NCBI GenBank assembly: GCA_045560315.1
Contig: JBJKZN010000027.1
Coordinates: 1 to 60,952 of the forward strand
Reading direction: 5' to 3'
Length of the DNA stretch: 60,952 bases
DNA from: Fidelibacterota bacterium
GTDB taxonomy: Bacteria > Fidelibacterota > Marinisomatia > Marinisomatales > Marinisomataceae
In this document: piece after piece, positions 47,531 to 56,770 of the stretch
How positions within the stretch are numbered: the first letter of the stretch is position 1
Layout: every line of letters starts with the position of its first letter
The notes under the pieces: generated by a model
Told to the model about the DNA's origin: nothing
Seen by the model: the letters and a program-made list of their open reading frames with translations, nothing else
Database searches by the model: none
Made by a program: the position numbers and the translations under genes

Positions 47531-48853
47531 TTAAATGAACTGTCTAGCTTTTGCTTTACTCCTCAATAAATGTTCTTTTGCTATTCTTTCACCTTCTTCA
47601 AGATCAACTTTAGAAAAAACATATGCTCCTGAAAAAAATAAGATGGAAACTGATAATATTCCGTATCGTGCAGCTTGTTCCGCATCTCCAGTCATATTAT
47701 TGAGAAGAAGTGTAACTGTACCCATCAATAATGGTCCAATTACCGCTGCAAATTTTCCTAACATATTATAGAACCCATAATATTCTGCTGACTTATTTTC
47801 TGGAATGATTCTAGAATACATACTTCGACTTAATGACTGAATTCCTCCTTGGAAACACCCTATTAAGATTGCAACACAATAGAATTGCCATATCTCATTT
47901 ATGTAATAAGCACCAATGAGGATTAATATATATGCTATTATTCCTGCATATATCCCATTCTTTAAACCAATTTTACCTGCAATTTTTATATAAATTAAGG
48001 TCGCAAAAAATGCAATAAATTGAATCAATACTAATGCTCCCATAATTGCTGTTTGATCAAAACCTAATGTCATAGCAAAATCAGCTGCCATACGAACAAC
48101 TGTATCTACTCCATCAATGTAAAGCCAATATGCAAGGAGAAAAGTGGCTACTACTTTCAAATTTTTTATCTCATTAAAAGTACTTCTAAAATCTGATAAT
48201 CCATCTTTTATAGAATTCGCTAAAGACTTTTCATCATGATATTTTGGCTCATCTACAAAAAGCATGATTGGCAATGAAAATACTGCCCACCATATTCCAA
48301 CAGATATAAATGAATATTGAATTGCTTGTGTGGAATCAATTAATCCAAAAGATGATGGATAAGTAAGCATCAGAAAATTGATAACAATTAAAATTCCTCC
48401 ACCTAAATATCCTAGCGAGAAACCTAACGCAGAAATATAATCCACATTATCTTTATTGCTAACAGCAGGTAATAACGAATCATAAAAAGTATTTGCGCTT
48501 GAAAATCCTATTGTAGCAAAGATATATACCAACAATGCAATAGGCCACATTCCCTGTGCAATAAAGCCTAACCCTATTGTCATTACTACTCCTAAAAAAG
48601 CAAAAAAAATCAGAAATTTTTTCTTAAAACTTCCATTGTCAGCAATAGCACCAAGAATAGGTGCTAATAATGCTACAATTATTGAAGCAATCGAGTTTCC
48701 TAAACCTAAATAAAAAGTGCTAGCTGAAACGCTATTTGTATCTGACCAATATTGAGAAAAAAATAGAGGGAAAAACCCAGCCATAACAGTAGTTGCAAAT
48801 GCAGAATTTGCCCAATCATATAAAGCCCAGCTATAAACTTTCTTCTGCATCAT
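47531..48853 (-). CDS. MFS transporter, UMF1 (Atg22-like) family
   Basis: 440 aa with about 12 TM helices and the N-terminal YSWALYDWANSAF signature. Confidence 0.75.
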   Translation of the reverse strand: MMQKKVYSWALYDWANSAFATTVMAGFFPLFFSQYWSDTNSVSASTFYLGLGNSIASIIVALLAPILGAIADNGSFKKKFLIFFAFLGVVMTIGLGFIAQGMWPIALLVYIFATIGFSSANTFYDSLLPAVSNKDNVDYISALGFSLGYLGGGILIVINFLMLTYPSSFGLIDSTQAIQYSFISVGIWWAVFSLPIMLFVDEPKYHDEKSLANSIKDGLSDFRSTFNEIKNLKVVATFLLAYWLYIDGVDTVVRMAADFAMTLGFDQTAIMGALVLIQFIAFFATLIYIKIAGKIGLKNGIYAGIIAYILILIGAYYINEIWQFYCVAILIGCFQGGIQSLSRSMYSRIIPENKSAEYYGFYNMLGKFAAVIGPLLMGTVTLLLNNMTGDAEQAARYGILSVSILFFSGAYVFSKVDLEEGERIAKEHLLRSKAKARQFI

Positions 48854-50172
48854 TAACCCTTCCTAATTGACAACTTAATTGTTATTCCGTCTAAATCAAA
48901 CGACTCTCTAAGTTGATTATGCAGATACCTTTTATAAGCCACAGTAATCAGCTTAGGATAATTACAAAAGAAAGCAAATATTGGTGGTGAAAACTGTACT
49001 TGATCTACAAACTTTAATTTAATCGACTTTCCTTGCAATGCAGGAGGCGGATATTTCCTTACTGCCTTCACTAGCCATTCATTTAGTGCTTTTGTACCAA
49101 GCTTATCTCGTTGTTTTTCAAAGACAGTCCATGCCTCAGATAATACATTTGAAATACGTCTTTTTGTTAAAGCAGAAACAAAAAGTATAGGATAATATTG
49201 CAGCAAATGAAACTGATGGAACATTTCTTCTTTAAATATTTCTGCAGAAATATTTTTATTAGCAGTTAAGTCCCATTTGTTGACTAATATTATCATTCTT
49301 TTTCCTCTACGAATTACTTCGCTAGCAATTGTTTTTTCTTGCTTTGTAAAACCTTTCTCAGCATCAATAACAAGTAAAACAACATCAGATCTAACTAATG
49401 AATCTATTGCTCTTAATGAACTATAAAATTCAATATCATCATCAATTTTACTCTTCTTTCTAAGACCGGCGGTATCAATAATCTTAATAGAATGTCCATG
49501 CCACTTAATGTATGTATCAATAGAGTCTCTTGTCGTTCCAGCAATATCAGATACAATAGCTTGCTCCTTCTGAATCAATGCATTTAAAATAGAAGATTTT
49601 CCTACATTTGGCATACCAACAATTGAGATTGACATAGATTCTTCATCAATATCTTCAAAATCCTTCCCTTGCAAATCTTCATGAGCAAATAGCGTATCTA
49701 GAATATCTCCAACACCAGCACCATTTAATGCTGAAATTGCTACAGGTTCTTCTAAGCCTAAATCAAAAAATGGTATGATTCTATCACTATGATCTGGCGT
49801 ATCACATTTATTAACTCCTAAGACATAGTTCTTGCTAGATTTTCTAACCATTTTTGCTAGATGACTGTCATTTGGATTTAACCCATCTTTGCCATCAACC
49901 ATGAAAATAATTCCATCGCACTCATCTAAAGCTTCTACAATTTGTTCTTTAATCTTATCGTTAAAAATATCTTCATTTGAACTAACAAATCCTCCAGTAT
50001 CGATAATATCAAATGCTTTATTCAGCCACTCTCCTGATGCATAAATTCTATCTCTTGTAACACCTTCAACTTGATCAACGATGGACGTTCTTTTCCCGGA
50101 AAGTCGATTGAAAAGTGTTGATTTTCCGACATTCGGTCTTCCTATTATGGCAATTTTAGATTTTTTACTCAT
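48853..50172 (-). CDS. der: Ribosome-biogenesis GTPase Der (EngA)
   Basis: It has two tandem GTPase domains (GRPNVGKST, GMPNVGKSS; NKCD, NKWD) plus a KH-like C-terminus. Confidence 0.95.
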   Translation of the reverse strand: MSKKSKIAIIGRPNVGKSTLFNRLSGKRTSIVDQVEGVTRDRIYASGEWLNKAFDIIDTGGFVSSNEDIFNDKIKEQIVEALDECDGIIFMVDGKDGLNPNDSHLAKMVRKSSKNYVLGVNKCDTPDHSDRIIPFFDLGLEEPVAISALNGAGVGDILDTLFAHEDLQGKDFEDIDEESMSISIVGMPNVGKSSILNALIQKEQAIVSDIAGTTRDSIDTYIKWHGHSIKIIDTAGLRKKSKIDDDIEFYSSLRAIDSLVRSDVVLLVIDAEKGFTKQEKTIASEVIRRGKRMIILVNKWDLTANKNISAEIFKEEMFHQFHLLQYYPILFVSALTKRRISNVLSEAWTVFEKQRDKLGTKALNEWLVKAVRKYPPPALQGKSIKLKFVDQVQFSPPIFAFFCNYPKLITVAYKRYLHNQLRESFDLDGITIKLSIRKG

Positions 50173-50219
50173 GTTGTTGAATTATACAACTAAGGGGATT
50201 GTAGTGCTATAAAATTTAT

Positions 50220-50642
50220 TTATCGCAAAATATGTACTAATAACTCTATCCAGAGCACCAAAGAAACCATAAAGGATAGAAGAAAAATAGGTCCGCGTCT
50301 TGAAAGTTTTGGATTTGTTGATCTTACGATGAAATGAATAGATCTAAGTCCTACATAAAGCCAAGCAAGTATCACGGTTAGTAACGTGACATGCTCAATC
50401 GTGAAAGCTAAAATACAATAACAGTAAAAAAGTATTGGTGCTTGATATAAATTTTTATAATGCTCTCTTGAAGCTTGAACATTATCAGGAATTTCTTGCC
50501 ATGAAGGCATAAACTTTAGCCATCTTGAATCAAGCTCCTTCATCTTAAGTGCTTTTTCTATGGTCTTGGCATTAAGAAGTGTGTGTAGATAGGTCAAGAA
50601 AACAAGAGGAAAAATAGGAAGTAGTATTTGTGTATGATCCAT
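50220..50642 (-). CDS. MAPEG-family membrane protein (probable)
   Basis: 140 aa with 4 TM helices and R-x3-N-x2-E-like SREHYKNLYQAPILF. It abuts the rpoD stop with no gap. Confidence 0.5.
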   Translation of the reverse strand: MDHTQILLPIFPLVFLTYLHTLLNAKTIEKALKMKELDSRWLKFMPSWQEIPDNVQASREHYKNLYQAPILFYCYCILAFTIEHVTLLTVILAWLYVGLRSIHFIVRSTNPKLSRRGPIFLLSFMVSLVLWIELLVHILR

Positions 50643-51713
50643 CTATTGGCCTAGATAAACTCTGAGCGGTTCGCTACGAGTTTTATGTGCAAGACGTCTA
50701 ATAGCTTTTTCTTTAATTTGTCGAACACGTTCACGCGTTAAACTGAATTGTTCACCAATCTCATTAAGCGTAAAAGATCTATCGCGATTAATACCAAAAT
50801 ACATTTCAATAACGGAGCGCTCCCTGTCTGTTAAGGTACTTAGAGCTGAAGCAATTTCTTCCTTCATGGATGTATCCATGACTTTGTTATCAGGGTCTTT
50901 TTCCTGCTCATCCTCAATGACATTAATTAAAGAACTGTCTTCTCCTTCTGCAAATGGTGCATCTAAAGAACTATGTCTTCTTGAATATTGCAATGCATTA
51001 AATACTTCTTCTGTTTTTACTTCAAGTTGATGACTAATTTCTTCTACTTTCGGAGGTCTACCCATTTCAGCCTCTAATTTTTCTGCTGCCTTTGTAATCT
51101 TGGTAATAGTACCCACTCGGTTTAAAGGTAATCGAATCAAACGTCCTTGTTCAGCTAATGCCTGTAGTATTGCCTGCCTAATCCACCATACCGCATAAGA
51201 AATAAATTTAAATCCACGTGAAGGATCAAATCGTTTTGCTGCCTTGATTAGGCCTAAATTTCCCTCATTAATAATATCAGAAAGAGATAATCCATTTCCT
51301 TGATATTTTTTAGCAACAGATACTACAAATCTTAGGTTAGCTTCTACTAACTCTTTCATCGCTAACTTGTCGCCTTTTGCAATGCGCACCGCTAATTCTA
51401 CTTCCTTTTCCGGAGCTAGAGGCTCATATTGAGAAATTTCAGATAAATACATACTAATAGTACCGCTAGACACTTTAGATCTTCTGATTCTTTCAGCAGC
51501 TCGTTCTTGTGCCTGCTTCATAGCTTCTTCTTTTTCAAGCTTGATTAAATCTGCTGCTATTTCTTTATCAGATTTAGCTACTTTTTTTGCTTTAGTTTTC
51601 TTTTTTGTTGTAGCTTTCTTTGCAGGAGTTGCTGACTCCATTTTTAGAATTTCTTGCTCTACGTTTAGTAATTCTTTTTTAAATACTTTTTTTGAGGTTT
51701 TTTTTACAGCCAA
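50643..51713 (-). CDS. rpoD: Primary-type RNA polymerase sigma-70 factor
   Basis: Region 2 is DIINEGNLGLIKAAKRFDPSRGFKFISYAVWWIRQAI and region 4 is TLNEIGEQFSLTRERVRQIKEKAIRRL. The gene has a TTG start and a Lys-rich N-terminus. Confidence 0.9.
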   Translation of the reverse strand: MAVKKTSKKVFKKELLNVEQEILKMESATPAKKATTKKKTKAKKVAKSDKEIAADLIKLEKEEAMKQAQERAAERIRRSKVSSGTISMYLSEISQYEPLAPEKEVELAVRIAKGDKLAMKELVEANLRFVVSVAKKYQGNGLSLSDIINEGNLGLIKAAKRFDPSRGFKFISYAVWWIRQAILQALAEQGRLIRLPLNRVGTITKITKAAEKLEAEMGRPPKVEEISHQLEVKTEEVFNALQYSRRHSSLDAPFAEGEDSSLINVIEDEQEKDPDNKVMDTSMKEEIASALSTLTDRERSVIEMYFGINRDRSFTLNEIGEQFSLTRERVRQIKEKAIRRLAHKTRSEPLRVYLGQ

Positions 51714-51792
51714 TTGATGAATTCCTTTTGATAAAAAATAATTGTTTTCACGGCATGAAATTTAACAAATTCTGGGCATTTTCCAAGGTATT

Positions 51793-52689
51793 TTATTTGT
51801 CAATATGATGTAATGCTTCGTCTAAATCTGGAAATTTAAACTTGTATCCACTCTCTAATGTTCGCACTGGAGCAGTTTTAGGGCCATACAACACTATTTC
51901 ACTGATATCTCCAGCCATTTTTACTATAAAGCTTGGAATAAATAATATCCATGGAAAAATGCCATTGTAATGCTTTCTAATTGTATGGTAAAAATCTTTA
52001 TGATTGATCGGTTTAGGAGAAATTAAATTAAAAGGGCCTTCAACATGATTGATGATAGTATGATTAATAAACCCTACAACATCATCAATATGAACCCAGG
52101 GGAAATAATTTTTTTTTATGCCTAGCATTGGCAATGAGAAAAAGGAAAGAAAGCCAATCAATAAAGAGAAATTTGATGTAAGAATCATTCCAATTCTAAG
52201 ATGAACTACTCTCATACCTGCTTCACTAAATATCTTACAAGATTCTTCATTCAATTGGCATACTGTTGATAAAAAAGAGTCTCCACTACGAGAATTTTCA
52301 TCAACTTGACCATCATATATCATATCCTTCTTAGCATAAAAACCAATAGCAGATGCATTGATTAATAAACTGCTCTTTACTTGATTTCTCTTTAGAAATT
52401 GCAATAAAATTTGCGATAAATCTACTCTACTGCTTAAGATTTTATTTTTGACATTTCTTGTCCAGAACTGCGCTACATTTTCACCGCTCAATTTAATAAC
52501 AACATCGGTATTCTGTAGAAGCTTTACCTCATTAGCATTCCAATCTACAAAATCGACTTTCTGATCAAATTTATTCTGATATTTTGATGGATTTCTTGAC
52601 AAAATAATAACATGATGATTTTGTGATATTAAGGAATTAACTAGTCGAGATCCGACTAAACCTGTTCCTCCAACAATAAGAATCTTCAT
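51793..52689 (-). CDS. TIGR01777/YfcH-type SDR (epimerase family, DUF1731 C-terminus)
   Basis: Contains ILIVGGTGLVGSRL and a C-terminal SGYKFKFPDLDEAL. Confidence 0.8.
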   Translation of the reverse strand: MKILIVGGTGLVGSRLVNSLISQNHHVIILSRNPSKYQNKFDQKVDFVDWNANEVKLLQNTDVVIKLSGENVAQFWTRNVKNKILSSRVDLSQILLQFLKRNQVKSSLLINASAIGFYAKKDMIYDGQVDENSRSGDSFLSTVCQLNEESCKIFSEAGMRVVHLRIGMILTSNFSLLIGFLSFFSLPMLGIKKNYFPWVHIDDVVGFINHTIINHVEGPFNLISPKPINHKDFYHTIRKHYNGIFPWILFIPSFIVKMAGDISEIVLYGPKTAPVRTLESGYKFKFPDLDEALHHIDK

Positions 52690-53429
52690 TTTCTAGATAA
52701 CGTACTCAGGACCTTTTTAATCTTGGCTTGAGTTTCGCTACTGAACCAATTATCAATTAATACCTCATAATCAAATTCAGTATCGTGCATTAAAGATTTT
52801 TTGAGCCTAACAAATGGTTCTCCGGCATTTATATAGAATTTTGCTAATTTCTTTGCTCTTTTAAGAGCTTCTGCTGTTGCGCGTTTCTTACCGATAAAAG
52901 GGTTACTAATATATTCATTAATCAAACCCTTTTTATATGCTTGTTTTGGGGTATACATTTTACATTGAGTGGCTACTTCGAACAAATTCTCTCTTCCTAT
53001 GGAATGACTAATAATTGATAACATATCTGGCGGTAAATCAATACCGATTGCCATTTCATTAAGTCCCATTCTGTGCATTCCAAACATTCCATAACGATAA
53101 TCTGATGCTAATGCTATTAAACACCCTCCAGCAATTGCATGTCCACCCACTATGCTGATTACTGGGCCTGGAAATTCTCTAAATGAAACTAAAAGATCTC
53201 TAAGAGTATTAAAAATAAGAGAAACTTCGTTGGCTTCTTTTGCATTCATTAAATCTTTCAAATTAAGTCCTGCGCTAAATACTTTTTCATTTCCCATAAT
53301 AATTACAGCTTTGCATTCATCATAATTGAGTTCTGCCATAATATCTTTTGCTCTTGAAACGCTTAAGACATTTGGACCTTTATCGCCCATTCGGATAATC
53401 TTGATATCATTTTCTATGCTAACATTCAT
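52686..53429 (-). CDS. Enoyl-CoA hydratase/isomerase (crotonase) family protein
   Basis: 247 aa with VFSAGLNLKD and GHAIAGGCLIALASDYR (oxyanion-hole segments). Confidence 0.75.
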   Translation of the reverse strand: MNVSIENDIKIIRMGDKGPNVLSVSRAKDIMAELNYDECKAVIIMGNEKVFSAGLNLKDLMNAKEANEVSLIFNTLRDLLVSFREFPGPVISIVGGHAIAGGCLIALASDYRYGMFGMHRMGLNEMAIGIDLPPDMLSIISHSIGRENLFEVATQCKMYTPKQAYKKGLINEYISNPFIGKKRATAEALKRAKKLAKFYINAGEPFVRLKKSLMHDTEFDYEVLIDNWFSSETQAKIKKVLSTLSRK

Positions 53430-53448
53430 ATAAATTTCTCCTCAATAA

Positions 53449-53850
53449 TTACAATTCATCTTTCAAAGCATCGAATACAGGTACACTTTTCTGATCTGCA
53501 AAATCAAAACATACTAATGTCATTTCACATGTGATGGCACATTCGTCGTCCCCTTCTATAAATACACCATATTCATAGTCAAAACTTTTACCGCCAACAC
53601 GTGAAACTCTGATACCAATTGTTAAGTTTTCTGGATAACTAATCTGTTTTAAGTAATCAAGTTTCATAGAAGCAACTATAAATGGAAATTTATATCGATC
53701 ATAAGGCTCAAGACCTATATCAGCAGCATGTCTAACTCTTACATCTTCAATAAGATTTACAGCTGTTCCATGATTTAGATGGCCTAACATATCTTCATCG
53801 TACCATCGGGTTTCTATATCATAAAATCTTGTAAATGTATCTCTTGTCAT
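53449..53850 (-). CDS. Acyl-CoA thioesterase, 4HBT/YbgC-like hotdog
   Basis: 133 aa with the RWYDEDMLGHLNHG start pattern (D-x-D-x-x-GHV-like) typical of the 4HBT family. Confidence 0.7.
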   Translation of the reverse strand: MTRDTFTRFYDIETRWYDEDMLGHLNHGTAVNLIEDVRVRHAADIGLEPYDRYKFPFIVASMKLDYLKQISYPENLTIGIRVSRVGGKSFDYEYGVFIEGDDECAITCEMTLVCFDFADQKSVPVFDALKDEL

Positions 53851-54236
53851 TAGTCAATTAAAAATTGTGAATTATGCATAGGAAAAATACATTCTTCTTT
53901 TTTTCCAAACCAGCTATATCTTTTTTTAGCAACAAAATCATAACATATATCTGCTAAAAAAGATGGCAAAATAAATTTAAAATATCGTAAAGGATGATTG
54001 AGCTGATCTAAGACAACAAATGCAGCTTTTGATTTTGTGAAAGTCTTATTGTCTTTTTTGACAATAATAGTATTCATATCATCGATATATTTTTGATTTA
54101 GAGTTCGTTTAGCATAGTCAGATTGTATAGGGCTATAGTAAATACTTTTGCTATGATCATGCGATAAAGAAAAGTCCATTGCTTTAGAGCATAAGATGCA
54201 GAACCCATCATAGTATATGACAAATTTTGACTTCAT
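53850..54236 (-). CDS. DCC-family thiol-disulfide oxidoreductase (DUF393)
   Basis: 128 aa with the N-terminal VIYYDGFCILCS (DxxCxxC) signature. Confidence 0.8.
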   Translation of the reverse strand: MKSKFVIYYDGFCILCSKAMDFSLSHDHSKSIYYSPIQSDYAKRTLNQKYIDDMNTIIVKKDNKTFTKSKAAFVVLDQLNHPLRYFKFILPSFLADICYDFVAKKRYSWFGKKEECIFPMHNSQFLID

Positions 54237-54871
54237 TATAAAATATAAGGAATAATAAAAGCTGTTTTCTTTTTGTAGGATTCGTGCTGATCAAAACGAG
54301 ATAATGACTTATCAATTCTAATCATTCCAGGAATCCAGACACCGATAATAAAAATGCTTAAGATTAATATTGGAACCCACCATAAATATGTTTCAATGGT
54401 CAATAATAAAAAGCTAGAATAAATAAGTAGTTCACCAAAATAATTAGGATGTCTACACTGCTTCCATAATCCATCAGTAATTAGACCTGAATTATGTTTT
54501 AAATAAATATATTTCTGCATATCTGATGTAAAATGATAGAATACACCAAATGAGAATAAAATAATTGAACTTATGATAACATTTAGTGATGCTTCATGGC
54601 CATTCATAGTAATAATTAGAGCAGGAGCCCAGTACAGCATAAGACCAAAAAGAATAAATAATGTATATGGTATACCAGCTTTTCTTTCCCAAGTTTTATC
54701 TGGAAAAATACTACTCTTCATGACCCACATAATCCCATAAGATCCATGCAAACATAGGTAAATCCACGCAGTAATATTACCTAATTGATTGAAATAATAA
54801 ATTAGCCCAAGTACTACTAGCCAAGTAACACTTTTTGTAAAATCGATGGGATATTTTTGTTTAATTTGCAT
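54236..54871 (-). CDS. DUF1295 / steroid-5-alpha-reductase-like or ICMT-like membrane protein
   Basis: 211 aa polytopic protein with GLWKQCRHPNYFGELLIY. Confidence 0.6.
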   Translation of the reverse strand: MQIKQKYPIDFTKSVTWLVVLGLIYYFNQLGNITAWIYLCLHGSYGIMWVMKSSIFPDKTWERKAGIPYTLFILFGLMLYWAPALIITMNGHEASLNVIISSIILFSFGVFYHFTSDMQKYIYLKHNSGLITDGLWKQCRHPNYFGELLIYSSFLLLTIETYLWWVPILILSIFIIGVWIPGMIRIDKSLSRFDQHESYKKKTAFIIPYIL

Positions 54872-54957
54872 AGAAAAAAAATGGTATAAGTAAAATCAGC
54901 AAAACAATCATAATTGTTATAAATGATTTTCTATATTTTGTGATTAATTCTTCTTTA

Positions 54958-55332
54958 TTATTCATTATCTAGAGGATTCCAAGCTAGCATTCCACCATCA
55001 ATATTGATAGCATTAAAATTGTTTTCTCTTAAAATATCTTTACCAAAATTAGATCTGTTTCCACTGCGACAAACAACATATATATCTTTATTTTTTACTT
55101 CATTGAGTTCATTAACTCTTGCAGATAACTCGTCAATAGGAATTAGAATTGCTCCTTTAATATGTCCTAAAGGTCCATGAAATTCTTCCTCTGTTCTCAC
55201 ATCCAGCACAACTGTGTTGCTATCAAGAATGTTTGACTGAAATTCTTCCATTGATACCACATCTATATTATTTTTACTGCACATAGTTATCGAAAAAATA
55301 ACTATAAAAATTGACAATAAATATTTAATCAT
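54958..55332 (-). CDS. Rhodanese-domain sulfurtransferase, exported/lipoprotein
   Basis: 124 aa with a signal peptide containing Cys (SITMCS) and the active-site loop CRSGNRS. Confidence 0.85.
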   Translation of the reverse strand: MIKYLLSIFIVIFSITMCSKNNIDVVSMEEFQSNILDSNTVVLDVRTEEEFHGPLGHIKGAILIPIDELSARVNELNEVKNKDIYVVCRSGNRSNFGKDILRENNFNAINIDGGMLAWNPLDNE

Positions 55333-55419
55333 TCTTCTTCCTTATATATCGTTTTATTGTAAGAAAATTAAAAAATGTTCCAAGAACAACAAAAACTATC
55401 ATTAAGATAATTGTTAATC

Positions 55420-56127
55420 TCATGATTCTTTAATTTCTGTACCAAAAACTTTATCCCAAATGGTGAATGTTGAAGCATAATTTCCTTTATTTCTTGAATG
55501 ATGAAGGTCATGATGTTCTGTGGTGCCATAAAAAGGGATAACAGATACAATTTTTGAAGATTTTATGCCAGAATGAATGTCTAATTCATGTAGATTTCTT
55601 AAGGCCATCATAGCCCATAATGCATACGCATTTATCTGAGGAAAAAATAGTGCAATCACTGCCAATCCAATAAAAGGACCTATAGCTCCAAAAAACCATT
55701 CAAAAGGATGAGTAAAAATATATTCCATTGGAATCGGCATTGTAGATCTGTGATGAGTTATATGGATTTTTTTATACAAAAACTTTGTATGCAATGCTGC
55801 ATGATATAGATAAAAATATAAATCATCTATCAAGAAAATAAGAACTAGTTGAAATAGAAATAATCCAATAGTTGGTCTAGAAAAATCTAATATATCGTAG
55901 AATAAGTATACTCCAATTGCTCCGACGGATAGCAATATAAAAATATTAAAAAGAATTAACGGAAATCTACTATAAAATCGTCTAGCAAAATACTCTTTGG
56001 GTTGTATTCGATAATCATTTATAAGATTAGTATGAAGAATTAAAGCTGTATAGATATATCCTATCAAGTTGGTAGAAAATAATATACTTATTGTAATTAA
56101 AACTGCCTGGTTAATTCCTATATCCAT
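55420..56127 (-). CDS. Fatty-acid hydroxylase / sterol desaturase superfamily membrane di-iron enzyme
   Basis: The His boxes HAALH, HITHHRS and HHDLHH are present. The protein is 235 aa and polytopic. Confidence 0.8.
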   Translation of the reverse strand: MDIGINQAVLITISILFSTNLIGYIYTALILHTNLINDYRIQPKEYFARRFYSRFPLILFNIFILLSVGAIGVYLFYDILDFSRPTIGLFLFQLVLIFLIDDLYFYLYHAALHTKFLYKKIHITHHRSTMPIPMEYIFTHPFEWFFGAIGPFIGLAVIALFFPQINAYALWAMMALRNLHELDIHSGIKSSKIVSVIPFYGTTEHHDLHHSRNKGNYASTFTIWDKVFGTEIKES

Positions 56128-56176
56128 AAAAAAAGTTTCCGCTCTTCCCCTCTTTTTTTATCATACTTTAACCAAT

Positions 56177-56770
56177 TTAGGGTGCTAACCAACAAACTGA
56201 AACATTTTTTCCTTTAAAATCAAATCTACATCTTGAATGTCCACTATATTTTAAACTCAGGTAGTCAATGCAAGAAAATTGACATCGAACAATAACAAAG
56301 TTTTTAAAACCTTCTTCAGTTTGTTCTATCTTTGGATCCCCAAATCGAAATTCATCTGGGATATTAGGATGATTCTCATCTATAACACTAGAAGGATCAT
56401 ATGGTCCTAGATAACATCTACGAGAAGAGTTAGAGATTCCTTTCCATCTTTTCTTTGTAGATGCATCTTTATGTAATATCTGAACTGTTCCAGAAAAACG
56501 TAATTGTACTTTTTGATTTGGATTGTAGAATAATGCAGAAAAATTAGGATTTGTTTTTAATTCACTAATCTTAGGGCTTCTAATATCTGAATGAAACTCA
56601 AAAATTTTCTTTGATATGGAGAAATGTCTCAAAACTACTGTTCTTATATGTGGAATATTTTCTGATGAATTTCCAATAACAAATAGATGAAATGGATTTT
56701 TATAGTCAGAGACAGCTGAGCTCATCTCACCATCAATAAAATTATATATCTCAGTAAATTCTTTATTCAT
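56177..56770 (-). CDS. Pyridoxamine-5-phosphate-oxidase-like FMN-binding protein
   Basis: 197 aa with PHIRTVVLR...FHSDIRSPK...L..NP......Y.....Q.R..G, a split-barrel pattern. Confidence 0.6.
   Translation of the reverse strand: MNKEFTEIYNFIDGEMSSAVSDYKNPFHLFVIGNSSENIPHIRTVVLRHFSISKKIFEFHSDIRSPKISELKTNPNFSALFYNPNQKVQLRFSGTVQILHKDASTKKRWKGISNSSRRCYLGPYDPSSVIDENHPNIPDEFRFGDPKIEQTEEGFKNFVIVRCQFSCIDYLSLKYSGHSRCRFDFKGKNVSVCWLAP

Noticed and set aside
55368-55550. A 60-aa minus-strand ORF overlapping the 3-prime end of the fatty-acid hydroxylase gene.
   Set aside because: It overlaps the hydroxylase coding region, including its HHDLHH box, in another frame. It has no motif and no independent support.
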